DNA from: a virus | Taxonomy: Duplodnaviria; Caudoviricetes | IMG/VR virus record: IMGVR_UViG_3300037454_000078 | Coordinates: 17,435-81,434 of that record | DNA length: 64,000 nucleotides | Direction: 5' to 3' (one strand) | In this document: positions 18,702 through 26,860 of the stretch, piece by piece | How the letters are laid out: every line of letters begins with the position of its first letter | Position numbering within the stretch: the stretch's first letter is position 1 | The notes under the pieces: model-generated | Told to the model about the DNA's origin: nothing | Databases searched by the model: none | Seen by the model: the letters and a program-made list of their open reading frames with translations, nothing else | Position numbers and translations under genes: made by a program

Positions 18702-18770
18702 GCGCGGTGGTCATGGCGACTAAGCAACTCTAAAGGTTGTGGCTGAGGGTTCGATTCCCTCGCCGCTTCA
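18702..18770 (+). tRNA. tRNA-like element, anticodon ambiguous (CUA or UAA), degenerate acceptor stem
   Basis: T-arm GAGGG-TTCGATT-CCCTC; D-arm GGTC-ATGGC-GACT; GCAAC/GTTGT stem around TCTAAAG. Confidence 0.55.
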
Positions 18771-18806
18771 ATATGTTTGCTTAATGTTTAGATTGATGCT
18801 TTAAGT

Positions 18807-18837
18807 CCTGTGGGTGGTGGTGCTCATCATCCACAGG
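18807..18837 (+). terminator. Strong hairpin (terminator or processing stem)
   Basis: CCTGTGGGTGGTG/CATCATCCACAGG followed by caattttct. Confidence 0.45.
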
Positions 18838-18905
18838 CAATTTTCTAAACATTGGGCGACGAAAAAGACAATTCACATTATTAACAAATAAAACATTAAA
18901 GCATT

Positions 18906-19148
18906 ATGGGACTGACAGAAACACTGAAAGAACAGTTGAAAAGCGAAGACGAAAAGGTAATGCAAGACGCAAAAGATTGCCTTGCTATTGCCGAGAAACT
19001 CAAGGAGATAAACGGTGACGGCGCTATATGGTCGAGTCAGTGGCGTGTACTCGCGGACGTACGATGGGTCGGAAAGTACCCAGACTGCACAAAGTTGTAC
19101 AGACCGAGCAAGATTGGAGAGGTTTTTCTGAAAGGTATTAACGCATAA
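18906..19148 (+). CDS. Hypothetical protein
   Basis: 80 aa, leader motif. Confidence 0.65.
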   Translation: MGLTETLKEQLKSEDEKVMQDAKDCLAIAEKLKEINGDGAIWSSQWRVLADVRWVGKYPDCTKLYRPSKIGEVFLKGINA

Positions 19149-19160
19149 AACATTAGCATT

Positions 19161-19430
19161 ATGATTGAAAAGATTTGGTTAGTTACTCAAGAAAGTAACG
19201 TTGATGGAGAAATTATGTTCAATGTAGTCCCTTGCATAAGCGAAGAGACGGCAAAGAAAGTAATGCAGGACGAGATTAGAACGTTGTTGAATGAGAGCCA
19301 CTTTATCGCTTTCATAGACAGACCTGACGACTTTATTCTTGAACAGACGGAGACCTCGTACTATATCGAGGACACCTGTGACGACTACTACGAGGACATC
19401 AATATTGAAGAGAAACAAATTCAGTATTAA
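19161..19430 (+). CDS. Acidic hypothetical protein
   Basis: 89 aa, leader motif. Confidence 0.7.
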   Translation: MIEKIWLVTQESNVDGEIMFNVVPCISEETAKKVMQDEIRTLLNESHFIAFIDRPDDFILEQTETSYYIEDTCDDYYEDINIEEKQIQY

Positions 19431-19432
19431 CT

Positions 19433-19681
19433 ATGGCAAAAGTAATCCTTACCGATGCTATCATCAATGAGATGAGCATCAGAGAAATCAACAGGCACTT
19501 CCGCAGCGAGGACGAGTCGGACAAGTGGCCTATTTGCGGAAAGTTCAACGTGACCGAGAGAGCCATCCGAAAGCTGCGCAAGTTTCGCCATGACGGACTC
19601 TGTGTAAGCGAGGGACTTGAGTACTACCTCACCCTTGAGAATATGATTGGAGAGATTGTAAACGACGAGAGAAATTGGTAA
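19433..19681 (+). CDS. Hypothetical protein
   Basis: 82 aa tandem gene. Confidence 0.65.
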   Translation: MAKVILTDAIINEMSIREINRHFRSEDESDKWPICGKFNVTERAIRKLRKFRHDGLCVSEGLEYYLTLENMIGEIVNDERNW

Positions 19682-19701
19682 TAACATAAAACATTACGAC
19701 T

Positions 19702-19956
19702 ATGATTACAGTAAAGAAGACAACTTACGAAGTTGAAGGCTGCAAAGAGCCATGCTTCGAGGTTACGGACGGATTCACAATGGTACGAATCGCAAAGATG
19801 TACCACTACATCGGAAAAGACACGCTCGCCATGTCTGAGTATCTTGACGGAGAATGGAACAGTTCAGACGAATGGACTGGCGACTTCGACTCCCTCACGG
19901 CTACAGAAGCAAAGAGACTTGCACAAGAGTATAGCGTATATCTCAGTAAAAATTAA
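19702..19956 (+). CDS. Hypothetical protein
   Basis: 84 aa, leader motif. Confidence 0.65.
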   Translation: MITVKKTTYEVEGCKEPCFEVTDGFTMVRIAKMYHYIGKDTLAMSEYLDGEWNSSDEWTGDFDSLTATEAKRLAQEYSVYLSKN

Positions 19957-19969
19957 AAACATCAGCATT

Positions 19970-20365
19970 ATGGAGACAACAATCAATTACAACGGAACGG
20001 AAATTATTCTCTACGGGAATTATGTTGGTACTGCAACACCTTGGGGTGAGAAGTACGTCAAGCAGCATTTTGAGATTGACGTGACAATCAACAACAGAAC
20101 TGTTACGTTCGACTTCTACTGCAATGACTCATACCTTGACGACGAGCAGTTGTGCGAAGCATTCTACTACTTTCTGTCTGACGGCATTTCATACGACAAT
20201 GCACGCGACGTTGACGATTTCCAGAGCGAGTTTGGCTACGAGAAAGTTTCTGAATGTCTCGAGGCTTACAACGGGTGCAAGGATTCATTTGAGCAATGGA
20301 AGAGCATCACAGACATCGACATCTACGAGATTGCAAACTGGTTACAGGACAAGTATAACTTTTAA
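19970..20365 (+). CDS. Acidic hypothetical protein (METTINYNG...)
   Basis: 131 aa; start placed at leader motif. Confidence 0.7.
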   Translation: METTINYNGTEIILYGNYVGTATPWGEKYVKQHFEIDVTINNRTVTFDFYCNDSYLDDEQLCEAFYYFLSDGISYDNARDVDDFQSEFGYEKVSECLEAYNGCKDSFEQWKSITDIDIYEIANWLQDKYNF

Positions 20366-20379
20366 AACATTTAAGCATT

Positions 20380-20658
20380 ATGAAGTACATTTGCGAGTGC
20401 AGCCTCGAGGACTTCGAGGCATGGTCAGGCGGCAAGGACACGCTTGACACTTTGAGAGAAAAGGGTGACTGCGATGCAGTCGAGTCGTTAATCGAGGAAA
20501 TGATGTGTTGTCAAGAGGAGCCGTGGAATGACACTGGCATCAACGACTTCCTGTGGTTTGAGCGTGACACGATTGCAGAGCATCTTGGCTACAGAGACTG
20601 GGATGAGTATGAGTACGGAAACGAAGAAGAGGAAGATGAAGAAGATGAGGAAGATTGA
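20380..20658 (+). CDS. Highly acidic small protein (FEAWSGGKDTL...INDFLWFE)
   Basis: 92 aa with poly-E/D tail; possible DNA mimic. Confidence 0.7.
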   Translation: MKYICECSLEDFEAWSGGKDTLDTLREKGDCDAVESLIEEMMCCQEEPWNDTGINDFLWFERDTIAEHLGYRDWDEYEYGNEEEEDEEDEED

Positions 20659-20784
20659 TTGGGAGTTCGTCGGAGGGCTTGTGTGCTGCATCATAATTTT
20701 GGCGCTCACATGGGCTTTCCTTTGCGTAGCGTACGCATGAATATAATAATTAATATATAAATAATTAATAAAAGCATATACATT

Positions 20785-21690
20785 ATGGAGGATTATGTAA
20801 AGAGATACGTCACAAAGGACGGAAAACAGAGATTAACGATATATCGTGACGAGCATGCAGACAATCCTCGTTACAATACTGACGAGCCGTTGCACTGCGA
20901 AGACTGGTGTCGCGAATACTCCATCATGGACAAGAAAGATTGTGAGACGAAGTCAAGCTCTGCTCTGGAGCTCATCAGATACTTGCTCGAGAAGTACGGC
21001 AACGTGAAAGAGATGGTCGGAGTGCTGCGAGAGAACGCGAAGAAAGAGACGCACGCAAACGGTGACATGAAGCTCACGTACGACGCGTCGCGACACGAGT
21101 GGATTCTCAGCTACTGGATTGATAAGTGGACAGACTACAGCGGAGAGATTCACGGGAACAGATGGAGCGAAGAAACGTCGTGGAGCTCAAAGCTGAAAGA
21201 CTTGGACGCATACGACATCGCATCTTACTTGTCAAAAGAGATGATTGAAGAGTTCGCAGACCAGAAGTACTTCACAGACGCAGTGAAGATTGGCTCGTAC
21301 GAGTTCAGATACTATGGCTATATAGTCTTCTACGACGAGTTCAACGCGAAGTCTGACGGTATCTGCTGGCTCGAGAAAGAAGAGTTCTTGAAGTACTCTG
21401 GCTGCAAAGAAGAGTACTGGAAGTCGAAGACGCTGAAAGAGATTGAGTGGCTTTGCGAAGAGATTACAGCGTGGTCAGAGGGAGAAGTGTACGGATATGT
21501 GGTCGAGAACGCAGTGAGAATACAAGGTGTCAAGACGTACTTCGACGGAGAACGTGAGGACGAACCGTACGTAGAGGAACAATGGGAGGAAGAAGATTCC
21601 TGCTGGGGATTCTACGGAGAACTAGACAAGTCTATCGACTGGATACTTGAGACTGCAGGGTTCAAGAAAGAAGAACTAATCGAAGAGTGA
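20785..21690 (+). CDS. Acidic aromatic hypothetical protein (DEHADNPR...GEVYGY...DSCWGFYG)
   Basis: 301 aa. Confidence 0.8.
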   Translation: MEDYVKRYVTKDGKQRLTIYRDEHADNPRYNTDEPLHCEDWCREYSIMDKKDCETKSSSALELIRYLLEKYGNVKEMVGVLRENAKKETHANGDMKLTYDASRHEWILSYWIDKWTDYSGEIHGNRWSEETSWSSKLKDLDAYDIASYLSKEMIEEFADQKYFTDAVKIGSYEFRYYGYIVFYDEFNAKSDGICWLEKEEFLKYSGCKEEYWKSKTLKEIEWLCEEITAWSEGEVYGYVVENAVRIQGVKTYFDGEREDEPYVEEQWEEEDSCWGFYGELDKSIDWILETAGFKKEELIEE

Positions 21691-21691
21691 C

Positions 21692-21895
21692 ATGAGTTTA
21701 GAGAAAATAAAGATTACGTATGATAGGGACGGTGTGTATGATAAAGATTCTGTACACGAAGTCATGGACGTGATTGAAAGCTATTGCAGTTGCGCTACAG
21801 ACAAGAGCTTGGTTGACTATATTGAAAGGATTCCAATTCCGTCTGCCATCGCATTCATTGCAGACGCATGGGGACTTAATTACGAGTTTGTTTAA
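21692..21895 (+). CDS. Hypothetical protein
   Basis: 67 aa tandem gene. Confidence 0.6.
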   Translation: MSLEKIKITYDRDGVYDKDSVHEVMDVIESYCSCATDKSLVDYIERIPIPSAIAFIADAWGLNYEFV

Positions 21896-21914
21896 AAATT
21901 AAAACATTACAATT

Positions 21915-22262
21915 ATGCTAAGAGTAAACTATCAGATTGAGTACGGCTCAGTCAAAGTTAAGAACAACGATAAGACGAAGGTTCTCACGGTGAAGATACA
22001 TCAAGCCAATGCGCTATGCGCATTCATCTATCACTATCAACGCGAGGACGGTCAGAGAATGGCTCAGCTGTGGAGCTTCCTCTGTGACCTCAACCACGCA
22101 AAGAGACTCATCAAGAATACATCAGACCACACGCTGCTCGGAACGTCTGTCGTCAGCGTCAAGCTGAACGTCTACTACAAGGAAGCCCGCCAGCTCATCA
22201 TGCCGATGGCTCAGAGCGGATACAAAGTGACAGTTTATTACAAAGAACCCAAAAAGAAGTAA
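21915..22262 (+). CDS. Hypothetical protein
   Basis: 115 aa, leader motif. Confidence 0.7.
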   Translation: MLRVNYQIEYGSVKVKNNDKTKVLTVKIHQANALCAFIYHYQREDGQRMAQLWSFLCDLNHAKRLIKNTSDHTLLGTSVVSVKLNVYYKEARQLIMPMAQSGYKVTVYYKEPKKK

Positions 22263-22264
22263 TT

Positions 22265-22468
22265 ATGGCAAACAAGTTATCGTTCATCATCAAGAAAGAT
22301 GAAAACGCCGAACCGCGCAACAGATACATACTGTCAGTCAAAGTGTATGGTAAGTGTGTAATTGCGCCGAGATACGAAGAATTGAACTCTGCTCTTTTTG
22401 AAATTCCTGTTTGGGTTAATGAGTTCAGCAAAGACTCGGTTGAATACGATATAAAGGTAAGATTATGA
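22265..22468 (+). CDS. Hypothetical protein
   Basis: 67 aa. Confidence 0.55.
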   Translation: MANKLSFIIKKDENAEPRNRYILSVKVYGKCVIAPRYEELNSALFEIPVWVNEFSKDSVEYDIKVRL

Positions 22469-22647
22469 AAACACTTGAGTTCAACGGCAAATCTTATATT
22501 CTCAATCAGTGCAAGGATATATGGAAGTGGTTCTCTGAATCGAAAGTCGGTGAGTACACTCGGTTCTTCTCTCGTGCCGTGTTCCATACGGAAGACGGAT
22601 TCTATGCAGCATATATTGACGATTTAAGCAACTATGCAAAGGTATAA
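22465..22647 (+). CDS. Hypothetical protein
   Basis: 60 aa, ATGA overlap. Confidence 0.55.
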   Translation: MKTLEFNGKSYILNQCKDIWKWFSESKVGEYTRFFSRAVFHTEDGFYAAYIDDLSNYAKV

Positions 22648-22652
22648 ATATT

Positions 22653-22946
22653 ATGAAAATTGACAGTTACATGATGAGCAACGAGGAAGTCTTGAGGGCT
22701 CTTCGCATGTTCAACGATGAGATATGGGACGACGGCAAGTATCACCTTGTCAGCGTCGAGAGTATTTGGGAGAACGGAGAAAAAATAGAAGACTTCATTA
22801 AAGGAAACAACGAGTCTGAAATTCCAGAAGAAATCTTAAAGCAGATGTACAGATTTGTTATGGAGTTCGACAACAACTGGCTTGTCTACGTGTCATACAT
22901 GGACGGAGAGGTTTTCGGAATCATCGCATTCAGCGAGTGGTATTAA
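22653..22946 (+). CDS. Acidic hypothetical protein
   Basis: 97 aa. Confidence 0.65.
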   Translation: MKIDSYMMSNEEVLRALRMFNDEIWDDGKYHLVSVESIWENGEKIEDFIKGNNESEIPEEILKQMYRFVMEFDNNWLVYVSYMDGEVFGIIAFSEWY

Positions 22947-22966
22947 TAATTAAAGCAACAAGAATT

Positions 22967-23146
22967 ATGAAACTTACAGAATTTTCAGTATCAATCGACA
23001 TAGTTGTGTCAAAGACAATCTATGTCGATGCCGAGAACGAGGAACAGGCAAAGCAGCTCGCCATCAAGAAAGTGCGCGACGAGCCGTTCTACTATGCACG
23101 TACCGCAGATGCGTACGTCGGAGCAAAGGTGATTGATGTTTATTGA
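22967..23146 (+). CDS. Small hypothetical protein
   Basis: 59 aa (MKLTEFSV...). Confidence 0.55.
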   Translation: MKLTEFSVSIDIVVSKTIYVDAENEEQAKQLAIKKVRDEPFYYARTADAYVGAKVIDVY

Positions 23147-23165
23147 AGTTAAAAGTGTTAAAATG

Positions 23166-23197
23166 CTTGCAAGGTTTAAATATTTAAAGTAACTTTG
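23166..23197 (+). promoter_or_regulatory. Bacteroidetes promoter with spacer palindrome TTTAAATATTTAAA (23175-23188)
   Basis: CTTG-N20-TAACTTTG. Confidence 0.75.
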
Positions 23198-23222
23198 CGG
23201 CGTCAATTTAAAGCATTAAGTT

Positions 23223-23399
23223 ATGGATGTAAGAATAAAGTATAAATCAGCAAAAAATGCGCAGGACGCAGCAAGTAAGCTGCCAATAGCATGCAGGTTC
23301 TTGATTGTTACAGACAAGACAACAGATTGCTATTTGCAAATTCCAGAAGAATACGAGGACTACGTAATGAATTTCTTAAACCCAGACAAGTATGTGTAG
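23223..23399 (+). CDS. Small hypothetical protein (58 aa)
   Basis: Manually translated; first gene after promoter, overlaps recombinase start. Confidence 0.55.
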   Translation: MDVRIKYKSAKNAQDAASKLPIACRFLIVTDKTTDCYLQIPEEYEDYVMNFLNPDKYV

Positions 23400-24231
23400 G
23401 GTATTCTTATACAGCCGCATCAGTACAGACCAGCAGTCTCTTGCACAACAGGAGAGGACTGTATACGAGTGGCTTGGCCGCAACAACATGTCAGTCACTG
23501 ACGTTGTGAGCGACGAGGGAATCAGCGGTGGCGTGTCGTATAAGGAACGCAAGCTTGGAAAGGAGCTGCTTCCGATTATGATTGCTGGCGACATGCTCAT
23601 CGTATCAGAGATTTCACGTCTTGGACGTTCGATGTTCGACCTCAGTAAGCTTATCAACGAGGAGTTGAAGCCGCGTAAGATTCGTCTTGTTGTGGTAAGT
23701 ATGGGACTGGATTTGCGATGCGACCATATCACTGCGCTGGACGAACTGATTCTTCAGAACTTCTCGTTTGCCGCCCAGTTGGAGAAGGAGCTTATAAGCA
23801 GCCGCACGCGCTCTGCGCTTGAAGTGAAGAAGAAACAGGGCATTAAGATGGGCGCTGCGTCTGACATCTATAAATCAAACAAATCAAAGAAGAGTAAAGA
23901 ACAGATAGGTAAAGAGATTATGCTTAGAGGCAGGATGAAGAACAAGAGGCACATGGAGTCGAAGGAAGCGCAGATGTTCCTCAAAGCACTGAAGAAAGCG
24001 TTCCCAGAGTACTGCGAGGACGAAGACTTCACGAAGTGGGATTGGGAATTGGGTCTGCGTCTTCGTTGCGGAAAACTTGAGAAGCTGGTCGAAGTTATGA
24101 AAGACATTCACGACGTAGACCAGACAGTCTTTGCCAAGTGGCAATTTGACAGTCCTTTGCTTGCCCGCCGTCTGCGTGCCCACATGCAGCAGTTCAAGAA
24201 GAGTGTAAAGAATTATTCGTCTAACAACTAA
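23392..24231 (+). CDS. Serine recombinase, resolvase/invertase family, with extended C-terminal domain
   Basis: LYSRISTDQQS catalytic motif, DEGISG, GDMLIVSEISRLGRS, EKELISSRTRSAL. Confidence 0.9.
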   Translation: MCRVFLYSRISTDQQSLAQQERTVYEWLGRNNMSVTDVVSDEGISGGVSYKERKLGKELLPIMIAGDMLIVSEISRLGRSMFDLSKLINEELKPRKIRLVVVSMGLDLRCDHITALDELILQNFSFAAQLEKELISSRTRSALEVKKKQGIKMGAASDIYKSNKSKKSKEQIGKEIMLRGRMKNKRHMESKEAQMFLKALKKAFPEYCEDEDFTKWDWELGLRLRCGKLEKLVEVMKDIHDVDQTVFAKWQFDSPLLARRLRAHMQQFKKSVKNYSSNN

Positions 24232-24396
24232 ATAGTACTGCGTATGATTACACTGATGATTATCATTACCATCATTCTGCGTCCAGACATTCTGATAAAG
24301 ATGGGAGGTCGCGGATTCAGAAAGTAGCGTTCACTATCTGCAACGCGAGGGTGGGTGGTCGGCAAACATTTATTAACAACTAAAAACAAGAGAATT

Positions 24397-24708
24397 ATGG
24401 AAACAACAACGAAAATTTGTAAGGTTTGTGGGCGCGAGTTAAGCATCGAAAACTTCTCGAAGCATCCGAAGACAAGCGACGGTTACTCTTCCGTCTGCAA
24501 AGAGTGCATGCACAGGCTGCAGTCCGAAGGTCACAAGAACCAGAAAGAGAACAAGATGAAGGAGCTCAAGTCTGAAGTCGAGAACGCTCGCAACCTGCGT
24601 CTGCAGGACTTCACTCCGAGACAACTGATGTCAGAGCTTGTGAGAAGAGGCTACGAGTTTGAGGCTACTTACACTGAAGTACACAAGATTAGTTCAAAAG
24701 ATTTATGA
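24397..24708 (+). CDS. Zinc-finger-like protein (CKVC...CKEC)
   Basis: 103 aa. Confidence 0.7.
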   Translation: METTTKICKVCGRELSIENFSKHPKTSDGYSSVCKECMHRLQSEGHKNQKENKMKELKSEVENARNLRLQDFTPRQLMSELVRRGYEFEATYTEVHKISSKDL

Positions 24709-24941
24709 TTATGGCAAACATCAACGACAACGAGAAGAGCAGTCTCTCCCAGAACAAGCAGATTGCAGAGTACCTGAACAACGGAGGAGTGCTTACACAG
24801 ATGGATGCGCTGAAAATGTTCAATTGCTTCAGACTTGCGTCACGTATAAACGACCTTCGCAACAAAGGGCTTGACATAGTCACTGAGAAAATAATAACCG
24901 CAAGCGGTAAAACGGTTGCGCAGTACAGATTAAACAAATAA
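24705..24941 (+). CDS. Small winged helix-turn-helix protein
   Basis: YLNNGGVLTQMDALKMFNCFRLASRINDLRNKG pattern. Confidence 0.75.
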   Translation: MIMANINDNEKSSLSQNKQIAEYLNNGGVLTQMDALKMFNCFRLASRINDLRNKGLDIVTEKIITASGKTVAQYRLNK

Positions 24942-24953
24942 ACATCAGAAATC

Positions 24954-25343
24954 ATGAACATCAGAATCAAGAGGAACGACTACGTACAGCCTACGGAAGT
25001 CAGGGAGAGAATCGTGCAGGACATCTGCGACGTCATGCTGGAATATACAGACAAGCTGTTGCCGTTGACAGTATTCGCAAAGGACAACGCACTGTATCTC
25101 GGAACGACGAAAGACGGACAGTACAAGACTGTCACACACGCTACGTCGAACAGCATCTATGACTGTGTCAGAATACACGGCACAGAGATGGAGGCAGCAT
25201 TCAAGGCGTTTCAGGACGCTGGGTACTTCATCTATGCTGAGAAAGACAAGAAGACGCGCAACACCACGTACCGCTTCTCCAAGAAGCCCGTTATGTGGGG
25301 AATCGCATCCAAGACGGTAGAGTTTGATATGTTTATCGACTAA
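24954..25343 (+). CDS. Hypothetical protein
   Basis: 129 aa. Confidence 0.7.
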   Translation: MNIRIKRNDYVQPTEVRERIVQDICDVMLEYTDKLLPLTVFAKDNALYLGTTKDGQYKTVTHATSNSIYDCVRIHGTEMEAAFKAFQDAGYFIYAEKDKKTRNTTYRFSKKPVMWGIASKTVEFDMFID

Positions 25344-25373
25344 GTTTAACCAAATAAAAAAACAGAGAAGATT

Positions 25374-25607
25374 ATGAATAAGGACAGAAGAAACAGAATC
25401 TCAAAGTGTATCGAGCAGTTGGAAGACATCAAGACGGAGCTTGAGTATATAATGGACGAAGAGCAAGAAGCGTACGACAACCTGCCAGAAGGCATCCAGA
25501 TGTCAGAGCGCGGTGACACGATGCAAGAGTGCGTTGACGGGCTTGACGACGCTGTCAGCAACTTCGACGACATCATAGACCAGTTGAACGAAGTAATGGA
25601 GAAGTGA
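25374..25607 (+). CDS. Acidic helical-hairpin hypothetical protein
   Basis: 77 aa MNKDRRNRI...EEQEAYDNLPEGIQ. Confidence 0.7.
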   Translation: MNKDRRNRISKCIEQLEDIKTELEYIMDEEQEAYDNLPEGIQMSERGDTMQECVDGLDDAVSNFDDIIDQLNEVMEK

Positions 25608-25608
25608 T

Positions 25609-25740
25609 ATGATAGATTTTAACTGCCAACATTTCAGAAACGATGACGGATGCAGGTGGTGTGACAAGTTCCACCACTTCATCTGCGACCTGTGCCACGA
25701 TGACGACGAAGACGACAGTCTCGACAGAATCGAGTACTGA
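25609..25740 (+). CDS. Small Cys/His-rich peptide (43 aa)
   Basis: Manually translated MIDFNCQHF...CRWCDKFHHFICDLCHD. Confidence 0.5.
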   Translation: MIDFNCQHFRNDDGCRWCDKFHHFICDLCHDDDEDDSLDRIEY

Positions 25741-25762
25741 AAAGTTAAATCTTGCAAAGAAA

Positions 25763-25794
25763 CTTGCAATATTCAAAATGTTGCACTATCTTTG
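25763..25794 (+). promoter_or_regulatory. Bacteroidetes promoter for tRNA cluster
   Basis: CTTG-N20-TATCTTTG. Confidence 0.75.
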
Positions 25795-25877
25795 CAACGT
25801 AATATTCGTATTATTTAATTTTCGTCTTGACTGGTTCAGCCGAGTGCTTGTGAAGGTCGTTAGGCTGTTTTTTAAAT

Positions 25878-25950
25878 CGCGGGATGGAGTTGTTGGAAGC
25901 TCGCAATGTTCATATCATTGAGGTCGGCGATTCGAGTTCGCCTCCCGCTA
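25878..25950 (+). tRNA. tRNA-Met(CAT), initiator-like acceptor arm
   Basis: Full cloverleaf; anticodon arm CAATG-TTCATAT-CATTG; C1:U72 mismatch. Confidence 0.85.
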
Positions 25951-26030
25951 CATCTGATTGTCTTTCATGATGAAAATGTTTTAAATTGAATCTTAGGCAA
26001 GAGCTCGTGAGAGTCAGTAGCCTATTCTTT

Positions 26031-26111
26031 GGGGATGTAGCTCAGTTGGTTAGAGCGCACAGAACGGCCAGTCTTCTGTGGTGGTCGCGTGTTCAAGTCA
26101 CGTCATCCCTT
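26031..26111 (+). tRNA. tRNA scaffold with enlarged non-canonical anticodon arm (undetermined)
   Basis: Acceptor GGGGATG/CATCCCT, D-arm GCTC-AGTTGGTTA-GAGC, T-arm GCGTG-TTCAAGT-CACGT; anticodon arm CACAGAA-CGGCCAGTC-TTCTGTG. Confidence 0.75.
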
Positions 26112-26389
26112 CTATGAACGAAGACAAGATTGGGTTCGTGTACATCGCAGGAAAAGAGCACGGACGAGCAACAATAACAAGAGAACAGTACAGTAAAGTT
26201 TTGAACATCATCTATGGCAAGGAAAAGGCGTAGGAAAGGCAAGATTCGCATCAGGAAATCGGTTGCTCTTGTTCATAAGAGCGACGCTACGAGGGTGTCG
26301 AAGCCTGATACTACGCGCTATCCACGTATAGAAGGACGACCACCTGCAAGCGTTGCTCCAGTATTCAGAGTTAAGATAAGGAAAAAACA

Positions 26390-26794
26390 ATGATAAACAA
26401 GTTCAGAAGGTTACTTATAAGAATCGGCAAAACTCTGCCATTCATTATTTGTTTTCTTGCTTGTTTAAATTACTTGGAAATCATGTTTGCTTTGTCGACA
26501 TGCGACTATCTTGACTGGAATGGTGCAGTAATACCGAACACAAGGATTTCGTTCTTTATCGGTCAATACTTTGATTACAATATACAGATGGTTGTTGTAT
26601 TATGGGTGCTCAGTGTCGCAACGAGCACTTGCATTTACAATAAGCTCGCTTGCTTATATTTGACGTGTAATTTAGTTGAAAAGTCTTACTATAACACAGT
26701 TGAACTGTACCCTGAGCAAGTGGCAGTAATAATCACTATCAACCTGCTCGTCTGCGCTTGGCTGTGCTGGAAAGGTGTTCAAATGCTAAAATAA
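26390..26794 (+). CDS. Multi-pass membrane protein
   Basis: 134 aa with about four hydrophobic segments. Confidence 0.7.
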   Translation: MINKFRRLLIRIGKTLPFIICFLACLNYLEIMFALSTCDYLDWNGAVIPNTRISFFIGQYFDYNIQMVVVLWVLSVATSTCIYNKLACLYLTCNLVEKSYYNTVELYPEQVAVIITINLLVCAWLCWKGVQMLK

Positions 26795-26813
26795 CTTAAT
26801 AATTCGCTCAAAA

Positions 26814-26845
26814 TTTGGAATATATCAAATATCGTCGTATATTTG
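26814..26845 (+). promoter_or_regulatory. Bacteroidetes promoter
   Basis: TTTG-N20-TATATTTG. Confidence 0.8.
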
Positions 26846-26860
26846 CAGTGCTTTTAGGAA

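Noticed and set aside
26390-26794. Holin
   Set aside because: Multi-pass membrane protein but in the middle region with no endolysin or spanin nearby
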